Source: Roseibacillus sp. (GTDB lineage: Bacteria > Verrucomicrobiota > Verrucomicrobiia > Verrucomicrobiales > Akkermansiaceae). From it: a DNA stretch of 64,000 nucleotides. The notes under the pieces were generated by a model, which was not told where the DNA came from, did no database searches, and saw only the letters and a program-made list of their open reading frames with translations. Made by a program: the position numbers and the translations under genes. Position 1 is the first letter of the stretch, and each line of letters begins with the position of its first letter. Shown here one piece after another: positions 1 through 10,053 of the stretch. The stretch is taken from the NCBI GenBank assembly GCA_051251855.1, contig JBPOGI010000002.1, forward strand, positions 512,001-576,000. Reading direction: 5' to 3'.

Positions 1-2
1 GA

Positions 3-2843
3 GATATCGCTTCGAGTCTGACTTGGTTCTCGAATGTAAATGGCGAGCTTGGCACGGGAGCGAGTCTCGATGTTTCTCGACTGTCCTTTGGAACTCATCT
101 CATCACGGCGAAGGCGATTGATAGCGCAACGCTTTCCGATGAGGACTCCATCACCGTGACTATCTACGCGACTCCCGCAGCCGGCGCGCCTCGTCCTAAC
201 GTCATCGTTATCATCTGTGATGATGCGGGCTATGCCGACTTCAGCTTTATGGACGGCTTGAGCGGAGAGACTTCTCAAGTGCCGACCCCAAACCTCGAAG
301 CCTTGGCCGCTCGCGGGGTGACTTTTGCGAAAGCCTATGTCGCGGCCAATTGCCAACCGACGCGTGCGGCGATGATGACCGGGGCTTACCAGCAGCGAAT
401 CGGTAACGAGAGTGTTGGGAATAACCACTTCTTGCGTTCTCAGGTTTTTGAAGGGATTCCGGTAGACCGAGAGACCATTTGGGATCGGATGAAGGCTCTG
501 GGCTATCGTACGGGAGCGATTGGTAAGTGGCATTTGGGGCAGATCGAAGACTTGGCACCCACGGCCACGACCTTGGGTATGTTAGGGAATCGTCCTCAGA
601 ACCAGGGCATTGATGAGTTCTATGGCTTTTGGCACGGCTCGCGGAACTATACGGTGGGAACCTACAATCAGAATGGTGTTAGCGACCCCAATCATGTGCT
701 GCAGATTCGCTACCTTAGGGAGGCATTCATTCATCCCGATGGAAGTAAGAGCGATACCGTGGTGGAGTATGATAAGTTCGTCAATGTGCCGTCTGCTCCC
801 AAGTATATGACCAATATTCTCGGTGATTATGCCGAGCAATTTGTGGCCGATCATTATGATGATCCGGAACCGTTCTTCCTCTACGTCTCTCATCCGGCGC
901 CGCACAAGCCTTGGACCAATGAGTCGCCAGACTACAACGACCCCGCGATTACGGGTCTGACACCTAACAACCGTCGTCAGGTGGCCTCCATGATGATCAC
1001 GATGGATAAGGAGATTGGACAGCTGATGGACAAGCTGGAAGACCCCAATGGTGATGGCAATACCTCCGATAGTATCACTGATAATACTCTCGTCGTTTTC
1101 GTGAATGACAATGGGGGAGTTGCAGGAATGGAGAGCGGAGTGAACGGAACCGACAACGGAAAGTTGAGAGGCTTCAAAGGTTCGTCCTTTGATGGCGGGA
1201 TTCGGGTTCCGATGATTTTTGCAGGAGCGGGAGTTGACCCTGCTCAGGAAGGCTCCGTCTACCATCGCCCAGTGCATGGGATCGACATTCTGCCCACCGC
1301 GGTTGCGCTCGCAGGAGGGACTATCGATCCCGTGGCAGACGAGGTCGATGGCACGAACATTCTCCCATTCATCAATGGGGTGAGCGCGGGCGATCCGCAC
1401 GATGTCATCGTCCACAAGTGGCGGGGATCCTTCGCGGTGATTCGAGGAGATCATAAGCTGCAAAATAGTCGCAACGTGAATGCCGCCCCCCAGTTCTATG
1501 AGCTTTACCGTTCGACGAATGGCAGTGTCGATATCGACCCCGGCGAGACCAGCGATTTGATAGGGAACTCCGCGAACGATGCTCTCGTGGAGCAGCTGAA
1601 GCGTGACTTAACGAACCATGAGGCCTTCTTCGATAAGCCGCGGTATGCGATTCTTGCTAATACTTTGGAAACGGAGCCCATTAACATTTTTGACCATCAC
1701 GTCTTCCGTCCCGGGCTTAATAACGATTGGTCTGGGAATGCCGATGTTGCAGTCGATCCCGTCACTGGGACGAGAAACTGGTATGAAGCGGGAACCACAA
1801 CCGCGAGGTTCCTCTTCAACACCGATTCTTTTGCGGGAGCCATTCTCGAGTTTCCGGTTTTCAATGCCGACTACACCGCCAATAACGACTACCGCCGCAA
1901 GACGGGCATGGAGTATATGCTCAACAAGATGATCTTCAGCGGTGACTACGCGGAGACTGTGAATCACGAGGCCACTCTTCCGGGATTGCCCGTGATTTTC
2001 ACCAATGACTTAGATGGCATCGCCCCGACTTTGGCGGTTGAAGCGACCCAATCGGCGAGTGGGACCTTTTGCTTCAATCTCGATCTCGATGTCATCATGT
2101 ATCACGACCTCACCATCACCGGAGAGGGGGATTCGGTGCTCAAGATTGGGGGAGAGGTCTCGGAGTATTTCGAGAGCCGCGGCTTGAAGAAGGAAGGATC
2201 CTCGAACGCTGAAGTGAACGGCGCGCGTAGCTACTCAGGGGACACCACTTTGGATGGCGGTTCACTGACTTTGGGGCAGGCGAATCCGAATGACGAGGCT
2301 TCGGCCGTCTCGATTGCCGCAGGAGCGACGCTGAATCTGACTTACTCGGGCACAGACACGATTGATAAGTTGTTCATTGGTGGCGTTCAGCAAGCGGCTG
2401 GGGTCTATGAAGCGGTGGGTAACCCTGGAAGCGGGACTGAGCTTGCTCAGATTACGGGTTCAGGAACCTTAACGGTAGTGTCCGAACCCGTCGTCACCGG
2501 CTATCAGCTCTGGCAGGATCAGAATGCTTCTGGTGCACCTTTCACGGGTGACCACGACTCTGATAGTGTGCCGAATGGTATCGAATACTTCATGGGGGAG
2601 ACGGGGAACTCTTTCACTGTGATCCCTTGCTTGGATGCCTCAAGGAGTGTCCTTTGGCCCATCGGCGCTAACTACGTGGGGAGTTATGGCCCTGACTTTT
2701 TTCTGGAGACGTCTCCTGACCTGCAAGGTTGGAATCCCGTTGCCATTGGCGATGTCACCCTGATTCCGGGAGTTTCACTCGCTTACACCTTGCCGACGGT
2801 CTCGAACGCAAATTTTCTCAGGCTGGCGGTGAATCCCGATTGA
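3..2843 (+). CDS. Multidomain secreted sulfatase (Ig/PKD-like domain + S1 sulfatase + passenger-associated repeat + C-terminal module); 5' end lies outside the window
   Basis: Frame is open from position 3 (DIASSLTWFSNVNGELGTGASL...GTHLITAKAIDS...ITVTIY, Ig/PKD-like). Sulfatase signatures PNVIVIICDDAG, CQPTR (CxPxR), GKWHLG, NDNGG, GGIRVPMI. LKKEGSSNAEVNGARSYSGDTTLDGGSL resembles an autotransporter passenger repeat. Confidence 0.85.
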   Translation, partial: DIASSLTWFSNVNGELGTGASLDVSRLSFGTHLITAKAIDSATLSDEDSITVTIYATPAAGAPRPNVIVIICDDAGYADFSFMDGLSGETSQVPTPNLEALAARGVTFAKAYVAANCQPTRAAMMTGAYQQRIGNESVGNNHFLRSQVFEGIPVDRETIWDRMKALGYRTGAIGKWHLGQIEDLAPTATTLGMLGNRPQNQGIDEFYGFWHGSRNYTVGTYNQNGVSDPNHVLQIRYLREAFIHPDGSKSDTVVEYDKFVNVPSAPKYMTNILGDYAEQFVADHYDDPEPFFLYVSHPAPHKPWTNESPDYNDPAITGLTPNNRRQVASMMITMDKEIGQLMDKLEDPNGDGNTSDSITDNTLVVFVNDNGGVAGMESGVNGTDNGKLRGFKGSSFDGGIRVPMIFAGAGVDPAQEGSVYHRPVHGIDILPTAVALAGGTIDPVADEVDGTNILPFINGVSAGDPHDVIVHKWRGSFAVIRGDHKLQNSRNVNAAPQFYELYRSTNGSVDIDPGETSDLIGNSANDALVEQLKRDLTNHEAFFDKPRYAILANTLETEPINIFDHHVFRPGLNNDWSGNADVAVDPVTGTRNWYEAGTTTARFLFNTDSFAGAILEFPVFNADYTANNDYRRKTGMEYMLNKMIFSGDYAETVNHEATLPGLPVIFTNDLDGIAPTLAVEATQSASGTFCFNLDLDVIMYHDLTITGEGDSVLKIGGEVSEYFESRGLKKEGSSNAEVNGARSYSGDTTLDGGSLTLGQANPNDEASAVSIAAGATLNLTYSGTDTIDKLFIGGVQQAAGVYEAVGNPGSGTELAQITGSGTLTVVSEPVVTGYQLWQDQNASGAPFTGDHDSDSVPNGIEYFMGETGNSFTVIPCLDASRSVLWPIGANYVGSYGPDFFLETSPDLQGWNPVAIGDVTLIPGVSLAYTLPTVSNANFLRLAVNPD

Positions 2844-2879
2844 GATTCGAGCCGCCAGCGCTTTTAGAAATTTTCCCTA

Positions 2880-3620
2880 CTAGTGTTTTTCATCAGCAGT
2901 TGCGACGAAGGCCTCGTCTCTTAAGGCGAAGTTGTCCGCGTTGAAGCTATCAACGGGAGCATCGACGGTGCCGCCGTTGTTGACCCAGATGCCGAAGCCT
3001 TCCAGAAGAGTGCTTCCCTCCGAAGTTGCGAGAGACTGAATGAGGCGGACCCCATTGACCCAGACGTCGACTGCTTTGCTATCGAGGGAGGTGTCGCTAT
3101 ATTCCACCGTCGCATCAGTCATGTTGACCACAATATCGAAGTGAAGTGCGGTGTCCTTGGCGAGAGCTTGTCCAAGGATGAGATTACCGTTCTGGTTGAT
3201 GTCTACGTAGGCTAGGTTTTCTTTGTCGCCATTGAGGGTGACTCGGACCCAGCCATCCTTGCAGCCTTCAGATTCGGCATAGAAGTCGAATGAGAGAGTG
3301 GCAAGCGGAAGACCTTTCTGTTTGTTGTTCACAAAGGTCCAGGCATCTCCAAAGCCCTGCATTTGGAGCCACTTGTTGTCAGCTCCGAAGGGGGTTCCGG
3401 TATTGCGGACTTTATAAGAACCTGCGCCGGCACCTGACCAAGGACCTACTGGCTGAGTTGGTTCAGCGGGGGCGTCAGTGCCCTCGGGGTTGGCCGTTGC
3501 GGAAGGCTGCACCAGAGCTTGGGCGACCTCAAATTTTTCGAAATCCTCGGACCAGATGAGATCGGCGAAGGAGACTTGAGTGAGAGGAAGGGCAATAAGG
3601 ATCGGGAGTGTTTTTTTCAT
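2880..3620 (-). CDS. Secreted hypothetical protein (acidic, beta-rich)
   Basis: 246-aa ORF with signal peptide MKKTLPILIALPLTQVSFA; no family recognised. Confidence 0.75.
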   Translation of the reverse strand: MKKTLPILIALPLTQVSFADLIWSEDFEKFEVAQALVQPSATANPEGTDAPAEPTQPVGPWSGAGAGSYKVRNTGTPFGADNKWLQMQGFGDAWTFVNNKQKGLPLATLSFDFYAESEGCKDGWVRVTLNGDKENLAYVDINQNGNLILGQALAKDTALHFDIVVNMTDATVEYSDTSLDSKAVDVWVNGVRLIQSLATSEGSTLLEGFGIWVNNGGTVDAPVDSFNADNFALRDEAFVATADEKH

Positions 3621-3644
3621 GAGAGTTTGGTTGGCGTTAACAAG

Positions 3645-3673
3645 AAAAAAGCCGACCCGGCTGAGTCGGCTTT
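3645..3673 (-). terminator. Rho-independent terminator after PEP-CTERM gene
   Basis: Minus strand AAAGCCGACTCAGCCGGGTCGGCTTTTTT: GC stem plus U-tract about 30 nt after the stop at 3701. Confidence 0.75.
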
Positions 3674-3700
3674 GGAAAGTTGAGTTTGTCGAGAGAAGGC

Positions 3701-4465
3701 CTAGCGACGGCGGCGAGTCAAACCGAGAAGTCCGAGTCCGAGGAGAGCTACTGAGCTTGGCTCGGGGATAGGAGTCACTTCAAGAGTGACCAAATCGATA
3801 CGGGGAAAGGGGTTGTTGCCGGTAGGGTTTAGAAGTTCGATACCGAAGTAAATGGTCTCGCCAATGTCACCCGCTGTGGAGGTGTAGAGGCTGTTGGCAG
3901 TTTCGGTGCCTGCTACCAAACGGTCCAAGTCGAACGAGGCCGAGGCGAGTCTGGTGATATTGGCCAAGGCGGTGGTTCCATCAACGGCGGCAGGTGCGGT
4001 GAAGAGGAAGATAGTCACGGTCTCGTCGTCAAGGTTGCCGTTGCCGGGGGCATTGGTATCGGCATCACCATAACCAGCGGCACCACCAGTGGCTGCCAGA
4101 AAAAGGGAGGCGTCGAAAACCTCACCAGCCGCTCCAATGGTGTAGCCAGTGGTGTTTGCTGCTTCATTGCCGACGCTGAGGAAGGCGCCTTGCTTGGGGT
4201 CGTGTGCAGGGTCAGGGCTGAGGTTCAGTTGGTTTGCTGCACCAAAGCTGGTAGGGTTTTCACCCCCGCCGATATTTACCCAATTAGCGACGTTATCAAA
4301 AGGAGCAGTGTTGCCGCCGCCGTTGGGGTAGGCGGTCGTGGCTTGGAAATCGGCATTGCCTGTCGATCCCCCTAAAATAACAACTGCGGAGGCAGTTTGT
4401 GAGAGCGCAGCTAGCGTGATGAATAAACTTGGGACGACAAGTGGTCTGAGATTGTTCTTTTTCAT
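3701..4465 (-). CDS. PEP-CTERM sorting domain protein
   Basis: Signal peptide from ATG at 4465 (MKKNNLRPLV...ASA); C-terminus IPEPSSVALLGLGLLGLTRRRR. Confidence 0.92.
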   Translation of the reverse strand: MKKNNLRPLVVPSLFITLAALSQTASAVVILGGSTGNADFQATTAYPNGGGNTAPFDNVANWVNIGGGENPTSFGAANQLNLSPDPAHDPKQGAFLSVGNEAANTTGYTIGAAGEVFDASLFLAATGGAAGYGDADTNAPGNGNLDDETVTIFLFTAPAAVDGTTALANITRLASASFDLDRLVAGTETANSLYTSTAGDIGETIYFGIELLNPTGNNPFPRIDLVTLEVTPIPEPSSVALLGLGLLGLTRRRR

Positions 4466-4511
4466 GGGTTGAGTGTTTTCAGCAGAGAAATGGGCCTCCA
4501 CTTTGGGTAAC

Positions 4512-4538
4512 ACTGCCCGAGGTGGAAAAATGTAACGG
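4512..4538 (-). promoter_or_regulatory. Candidate ECF promoter, motif A (CCG-N19-GCAGT)
   Basis: CCGTTACATTTTTCCACCTCGGGCAGT; same spacing and T-rich TTTCC core as the copies at 12817-12843 and 18467-18493. Confidence 0.65.
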
Positions 4539-4707
4539 GGTAGTTCCTAAAAAATCGTTTTTCTGCTCTCATCGGCGACTTTTCCGCCTTTTTGATGGCA
4601 AAAGAGAGTGAGAGAACTCTTCTACGAACTTTTTCAAGGCCAGCTGAAAAAGCCCCTGAATTCTCCGTGAAGAATGACGGCACAGCGAGCCGCTGTTCCC
4701 TGCTGGT

Positions 4708-6792
4708 TTAATGAGGACTGTAGAGACTTTCGCCTATTTTTCGGCTTGCCTCGATGAGCTCGGGATAGGGCGTGTCGGCGGTATCGGTGAAGCCGATTTG
4801 GTAGTTTTCGCCGTCCCATTGACGACCGGTGGTGGGGGAGTCGCAATATTGGAACCAGTGGCACCCGACAATGTTGGGGTGGGCGAGGCTGTCGGTGACG
4901 TACTGGGTGAAGGCTTGCGCGCGTTCGGTCTGGTTCGCGACCGGAACGAGGCCGGTGTGGAGGAGACCGCGGTCGAGGGCACCGAAGTGAAACTCGCCAA
5001 TGATGATGGGCTTGTTGCCTGCGAGGTCGAAGGTAGGGAGCGCTTCGCCAAGATAGCGAACGTAGGCATTGAAGCTAACGACGTCACAGCGACGGGCGCA
5101 GGCTTGCACGGCTTGATAATTGGCGGCGTTCTTCATGAAGCGGCACCCGAGGTAGAGATGGTTGGGAGCGTGCTTGTCGAGGGCTTCGTCGATGGAGCGG
5201 AAGTATTTGTTGGCGATTTTTGCGACAAAGGTTTCCAAGTCGACGCGCGCAGGTTCAATGGCGGGTGGGGTGGTGCTTTCGGCCAGGGCTTCCCACGAGG
5301 GATGGTCGGTTTGCCAAGCGGTGTTGAGGTGGGCGATGTCGGGGTATTTCCTTTGAAGGTCGGCGAGGAAGACCTTCTTGGCGGTTTGGGTCGCTGGGCT
5401 CTTAAGAGTGCCGAGGGCGAGTTCGGTGGTGTCTCCCCAGGAGAGCTCGTTGTCGACAAAGTAGCCAATCAGCCACGGGTCTTTGGGGCGGCCCATTTTC
5501 GTTTCGCGAAGAAGAAGGCGTTCGAGGCTGGCTTCGAAGTCAGGATGAAAGACGTCGAGGAAGGGGCCCCAATAGCCTGAGGAGCCTTCGATGATGGGGC
5601 CTTCGGGTTTTAAGAAGGCGACGTAGGGAGTTTTTCGCAAAGGAAAGAGCTTGGGGTTGGACCAGCAGCCGAGGGTGTTGATGCCCCAATTCGGAAGGCG
5701 TCGCGCGGAAGTGTCGAGAAACTTGCGTTCCCAATCCTCGCCATACTTTCGCATGATGTTGTAGCGTTGAAATTGGAAGACGCGGCAGTTTTTGTTGTAG
5801 AAGTGGTAGCTGGGAAGGTTGGGGGTCCAACTGGAGTAGAAAGGATCGTGTTTGGAGTCGTACGGGGGAAGTTGCTCGAACCATTTTTCGCGTTCGGTGA
5901 TGATGGTGCCTGGTGAGAAGCCGACGTTATCGATGCCGAGGGAGAAGAAGGGTTTGCCTTCGGGGTCAATGAGGGTCCACTTGTCTAGATGGTTGGCAAC
6001 GCGGAAGAAACCGGTGGCTTCGTGTTGAAGGCCTTCTTGGTGACCGCCGTATTGATTCCACGAGGTAGGAGGGGAAATGGTGGCGAGGTCCATGGCTTCC
6101 TGGAGGGCTTGCACCTGCATTTGCTTTAAAGAGAGGGTTTTTCCGGGCCAGTCGCGGTGCTTGAATTGGCCGAACTGGTCAAGCAAGGGAAAGACTTCTC
6201 CTTGAGGTTCAGCTACTGTTTGCGGTTGCCCGGCAAGGGTCATGGGGCCGATCAGAAAGGCGCGGGGGACTTTGGATCCTTGGAGGAAAAACTTGAGGTG
6301 AGAGATGTGCTTGAGATGAAGCGAATGGGGGTCGAAGAAGGGGATGCCCATCATGCCTGCGAAATCCTTGGCGGATAGTTCTGAAGGTAAGGTGTGCTCG
6401 ACGAAGGGAACGGTGATGGTGCTGGATTGGCCAATCGCGAGGTCGACTTGAAACTGACGCTTGATGAGGCTGTTGGGTTTTCCGGGGAGTTGGCTTTCCA
6501 AGACGCAATAGATACGGGCCGGGTGGTGGCCGGAGTTGGTGATGGGGATGGTGAGTTGGCCGTGTTCGGAAAAGTCAAAACCGTCTTCGGGTGCGAAGGT
6601 GAGAAAGGGCCAGTCGTGGTCGGTGCCGACGGCCACGCGGAGAGAGGGGCCTGAACTACTATTGATGCAGTAGCTGGTGACGCCTTGCTGTTGGAGGTAG
6701 GGGAGGGAGGTGTTGGGCTCGAAGGAGGGAGCCTCTTTCATCTGGGCGAGAGCGAAGGAGGTTAAGGAGAAGAGAGGGAGGAGGAATCTCAT
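4708..6792 (-). CDS. GH50-like (beta-agarase family) glycoside hydrolase, secreted
   Basis: Start at ATG 6792 (MRFLLPLFSLTSFALA). Motifs DQFGQFKHRDWPGK, ATGFFRV, WTLIDPEG, GYFVDNELSWG, APNHLYLGCRF, IIGEFHFGALDRG, GENYQIGF. Confidence 0.8.
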   Translation of the reverse strand: MRFLLPLFSLTSFALAQMKEAPSFEPNTSLPYLQQQGVTSYCINSSSGPSLRVAVGTDHDWPFLTFAPEDGFDFSEHGQLTIPITNSGHHPARIYCVLESQLPGKPNSLIKRQFQVDLAIGQSSTITVPFVEHTLPSELSAKDFAGMMGIPFFDPHSLHLKHISHLKFFLQGSKVPRAFLIGPMTLAGQPQTVAEPQGEVFPLLDQFGQFKHRDWPGKTLSLKQMQVQALQEAMDLATISPPTSWNQYGGHQEGLQHEATGFFRVANHLDKWTLIDPEGKPFFSLGIDNVGFSPGTIITEREKWFEQLPPYDSKHDPFYSSWTPNLPSYHFYNKNCRVFQFQRYNIMRKYGEDWERKFLDTSARRLPNWGINTLGCWSNPKLFPLRKTPYVAFLKPEGPIIEGSSGYWGPFLDVFHPDFEASLERLLLRETKMGRPKDPWLIGYFVDNELSWGDTTELALGTLKSPATQTAKKVFLADLQRKYPDIAHLNTAWQTDHPSWEALAESTTPPAIEPARVDLETFVAKIANKYFRSIDEALDKHAPNHLYLGCRFMKNAANYQAVQACARRCDVVSFNAYVRYLGEALPTFDLAGNKPIIIGEFHFGALDRGLLHTGLVPVANQTERAQAFTQYVTDSLAHPNIVGCHWFQYCDSPTTGRQWDGENYQIGFTDTADTPYPELIEASRKIGESLYSPH

Positions 6793-6804
6793 GAGATAGC
6801 GGCA

Positions 6805-6828
6805 AATGTCTTTAAAGGGTGAAAGGTT
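6805..6828 (-). promoter_or_regulatory. Candidate ECF promoter, motif B (AACCTTT-N13-CATT)
   Basis: AACCTTTCACCCTTTAAAGACATT ending 12 nt before the GH50 ATG; matches 18533-18556. Confidence 0.5.
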
Positions 6829-6837
6829 AACAAGGGA

Positions 6838-6959
6838 TACTGGGAGCGCTGGTCTTTGACCGGCCCCACTGCCCGAACAAAAGCTTCGAGGTTGAACAAC
6901 CGGAACGGTGGGGCCCCGACTGTGTCGGGGGAACCCGGTCGCAGACCGGCGCTCCCAGT
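6838..6959. repeat. Inverted pair of REP-like palindromes (REPIN-like)
   Basis: TACTGGGAGCGCTGGTCTTTGACCGGCCCC (6838-6867) and inverted copy CCGGTCGCAGACCGGCGCTCCCAGT (6935-6959); third copy at 44901-44930. Confidence 0.75.
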
Positions 6960-6973
6960 GGACGCTCCTAGGC

Positions 6974-8464
6974 TTAGGCGAGCATTTCCTTAATGACGTG
7001 TCCGTGGACGTTGGTGAGGCGGCGTTCGAGGCCGTTGTGGTAGTAGCTGAGGCGCTCGTGGTCGAGACCCATGAGGTGGAGGATGGTGGCGTTGAAATCG
7101 TAGATTTCCTTCGGTTCCACGGCGGCTTTGAAGCCAAATTCGTCGCTTTCTCCAAAGCTGAAGCCCTTCTTGACGCCGGCTCCCGCGAGGAAGCAGGTGA
7201 AGGAGTCGGGGTTGTGGTCGCGGCCGGTGCCATTGCCCTGTAGGAAAGGCATGCGGCCGAATTCGGTGCACCAGACTACGAGGGTGTCTTCCATCAGGCC
7301 ACGCTGCTTGAGGTCGGCGATGAGGGCGGCGGTGGGTTGGTCCATGATTTCGGCCTGCATGGCGTGGGTCTTCTCGATTTCGGAGTGAGAGTCCCAGTTG
7401 GTGATACCGTTTCCTCCCGAGGGGTCGGAGCCGTTGAAGAGTTGGACCACGCGCACTCCTTTTTCTAACAGGCGGCGTGCGAGGATGCAGTTTTTGGCGT
7501 ATTCGCGCTTGAGGGTGGTGCCGCTGTCGGTTCCGTAGGCGGCGTGCACGGAGGCGGGTTCACTCTCGAGTTCCATCATTTCGGGGACGGAGGTTTGCAT
7601 CTTGCCGGCGAGTTCGTAGCTCGCAATGCGGGCGGCGAGGTCGTTGTCGCCGGGGTAGAGTTCGAGGTGATTGCTGTTGAGACGCTTGAGGACTTCGGCG
7701 GTGGCCTTGTCGTCAGCGTGGGTCATGGAAAGAGGGCGCGCGAGGTTGGCGGGAGGGTTCTTGGCGTTGAAATCGGTTCCTTGGAAGGAAGCGGGGAGGA
7801 AGCCGTTGCCGAAGTTGTTCTTACCCGAGCGCGCCAGACCACGCGGGTCGTTGATGGCGACAAAAGCGGGAAGGTCGGAGTTGAGAGAACCGAGCGCATA
7901 GGTGGCCCAGGAGCCAAAGGAGGGGAAGCCTTCCATGGTGAAGCCGGTGTTGAAAAAGTTCTCGCCTTGGGGGTGGGCGCTGGTCTGGGTGGTGAGGGAG
8001 TGGATGAAGCAGAAGTCGTCGACATGCTTGCCGAGATGAGGAAGAAGCTCAGAGGTCATCTTGCCCGACTGACCACGTGGCTTGAAGTCCCAGAAAGGCT
8101 TGGCGATGTTGCCGGTGGGGCCTTCGAAGGTGACTTCGGGAATGCCGGGAGGCTTTTGGCCGTGGTATTTGTAGAGAGCTGGTTTGTAGTCCCAGGTGTC
8201 GACATGACTGACGGCACCGGGGCAGTAGACGATGAGGACGCGCTTGGCTTTAGGTTCAAAGTGGGAAGGTCGAGGCGCGTAGGGTTGATCGGGATCGATG
8301 GCGGGTCGCACCGGAGGTTTGCCGGTGAAATTGAGCACGTCTTTCTCGGCGGCGAGGAGTTGAGCGAGTCCCAAGCCACCCAAGGTCAGGCCCGAGTTGC
8401 GCATGAAGTTCCGCCGGTTCAGGAGTTGGCGTCCTTGCGGGGAGATGTTTTCGGATTCGTTCAT
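6974..8464 (-). CDS. DUF1501 domain protein (Tat-like signal)
   Basis: NRRNFMR Tat-like motif; HFEPKAKRVL, GAVSHVDTWDYKP, ARRLLEKGVRVVQL, WDSH, TEFGRMP, GRDHN. Start overlaps sulfatase stop (ATGA). Confidence 0.9.
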   Translation of the reverse strand: MNESENISPQGRQLLNRRNFMRNSGLTLGGLGLAQLLAAEKDVLNFTGKPPVRPAIDPDQPYAPRPSHFEPKAKRVLIVYCPGAVSHVDTWDYKPALYKYHGQKPPGIPEVTFEGPTGNIAKPFWDFKPRGQSGKMTSELLPHLGKHVDDFCFIHSLTTQTSAHPQGENFFNTGFTMEGFPSFGSWATYALGSLNSDLPAFVAINDPRGLARSGKNNFGNGFLPASFQGTDFNAKNPPANLARPLSMTHADDKATAEVLKRLNSNHLELYPGDNDLAARIASYELAGKMQTSVPEMMELESEPASVHAAYGTDSGTTLKREYAKNCILARRLLEKGVRVVQLFNGSDPSGGNGITNWDSHSEIEKTHAMQAEIMDQPTAALIADLKQRGLMEDTLVVWCTEFGRMPFLQGNGTGRDHNPDSFTCFLAGAGVKKGFSFGESDEFGFKAAVEPKEIYDFNATILHLMGLDHERLSYYHNGLERRLTNVHGHVIKEMLA

Positions 8465-10053
8465 GGTGCGATGATTTCGGTGAGGCGTTTGGAAAGTCTG
8501 GCGGCTACATCGGGATTCTCGGCGACCACGTTCTTTGTTTCGGTGGGGTCGCTTTGATGGTCGAAGAGTTCGGCGAAAATCGGGGGCGCGGCCTTGTCGC
8601 GGTGGTCGCGCCATTCCACGAGACGGTAACGAGGAGTGCGAAGGGTGTAACCCATCAGGTGATTCTCAAAGAGGTCGCGGTCCCACTTGTCGCCCATCTG
8701 AGCAATGATGCCGTCTTCCACTTCTTTAATAAGAGGACCGAAGAAGGTTTCGCGCATCTCGTCCGAGAGGGGATTGGCGGCCCACTCGCGCAAAGCGGGG
8801 TTGGGGAATTGGGAGACGGCGGGATGATTCCACTTCGCGGCGGGGTCCTCTAACAGAGGAGTGAGGCTACGACCTTCGAGGTGATCGGGAGTCGAGGTTT
8901 GGGTCAAATCGCAGAGGGTGGGGAAGATGTCGAGAAGCTCTACGGTAGCGCCGGAGCTGACTCCGGGTTCTTTCATGGCAGGCGTTCTGATGATGAAGGG
9001 AACGCGGGTTGAGATTTCGTAGTTGGTGGCTTTGCCCCAAATGCCCATCTCGCCTAAGTGCCAACCATGGTCTCCCCAAACGATGACGATGGTGTTGTCG
9101 GCGGCCCCGGACTCTTCGAGAGCAGCCAGCATTAAGCCCACCTGAGCATCGACGTAGCTGACGCAAGCGAGGTAGGCATGGAGAAGGGTTTTGCTGAGGT
9201 CTTCGTCGAAGTCGCCTTCCTTGGGAATACCCTGGCGGGTGCGAAGTTCGAAGGAGGCGTGCAGTCCCATGGTGGCTCCGCCTTGGGGAGGAGTTGATTG
9301 GGTTGAGAGGGGAAGGCTGTCGCGATCATAGAGGTCCCAATACTTTTTAGGGGCCACGAAGTTGAGATGAGGCTTCTTGAAACCGAGGGCGAGGAAGAAG
9401 GGTTTTTCGTCCTCGGCGACGATGTCTTTGAGAGCGGCAATCGCGCCGAGGGTGTTGTAGCCATCGCCGTAGACATGGTCTTCGACGTCGGCGCATTCGT
9501 AGGCGGGACCGCTGGAGAGGCCTCGCTTGGCGGCTTCGCCATACTTCTCAAACATCTCCTTGAACTGCTGGTTCCTGAGCTTGAGGTTTTCGGGCAGCGC
9601 GAATCCTTTGGGTTTGGGGAGGCCGAGTTTCTTGAAGGGAGCGGAGCGAGTCCATGCGCCGGCTTCGTCAGGATCGGTTCCTTGGTGGAAGATTTTTCCA
9701 GTGAAGACGGTTTCGTAACCATTGTCTTGAAAGTGCTGTGGGATGGTCAGCATGTCGGGGTTGAGATCCCGGAACTTGACGAAGTTGTGGGTGATGCCGT
9801 TGGTGTCGGGGCGTGTGCCGGAGAGCAGGCTGGTGCGCGAGGGATGGCAGATGGCCTGTTGGCAGTAAGCGCGTTCAAAGAGGCGGCCTTGGCTGGCCAG
9901 CTTGTCGAGATGGGGGGACTGGGCAACAGGAGAACCGTAGCAACCGAGCTCGGGGCGGAGGTCGTCGATGGCGATGAAGAGAATGTTGGGCTTCTTCTCG
10001 GCAAAAAGAGGAAGCGCGACGATGAGAGCGAAGAGAATCGGGAGTGTTTTCAT
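8461..10053 (-). CDS. Sulfatase (iduronate-2-sulfatase-like S1)
   Basis: Signal peptide; PNILFIAIDDLRPELGCYG, CHPSR, GKIFH, KPHL, WGDHGWHLGE. Confidence 0.92.
   Translation of the reverse strand: MKTLPILFALIVALPLFAEKKPNILFIAIDDLRPELGCYGSPVAQSPHLDKLASQGRLFERAYCQQAICHPSRTSLLSGTRPDTNGITHNFVKFRDLNPDMLTIPQHFQDNGYETVFTGKIFHQGTDPDEAGAWTRSAPFKKLGLPKPKGFALPENLKLRNQQFKEMFEKYGEAAKRGLSSGPAYECADVEDHVYGDGYNTLGAIAALKDIVAEDEKPFFLALGFKKPHLNFVAPKKYWDLYDRDSLPLSTQSTPPQGGATMGLHASFELRTRQGIPKEGDFDEDLSKTLLHAYLACVSYVDAQVGLMLAALEESGAADNTIVIVWGDHGWHLGEMGIWGKATNYEISTRVPFIIRTPAMKEPGVSSGATVELLDIFPTLCDLTQTSTPDHLEGRSLTPLLEDPAAKWNHPAVSQFPNPALREWAANPLSDEMRETFFGPLIKEVEDGIIAQMGDKWDRDLFENHLMGYTLRTPRYRLVEWRDHRDKAAPPIFAELFDHQSDPTETKNVVAENPDVAARLSKRLTEIIAP

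Noticed and set aside
6793..7233. Long N-terminal extension of the GH50 ORF in the track; likewise extensions at 16100-16267, 23207-23662 and 53999-54334
   Set aside because: They overlap neighbouring genes or repeats; downstream ATGs give proper signal peptides or family-typical N-termini.
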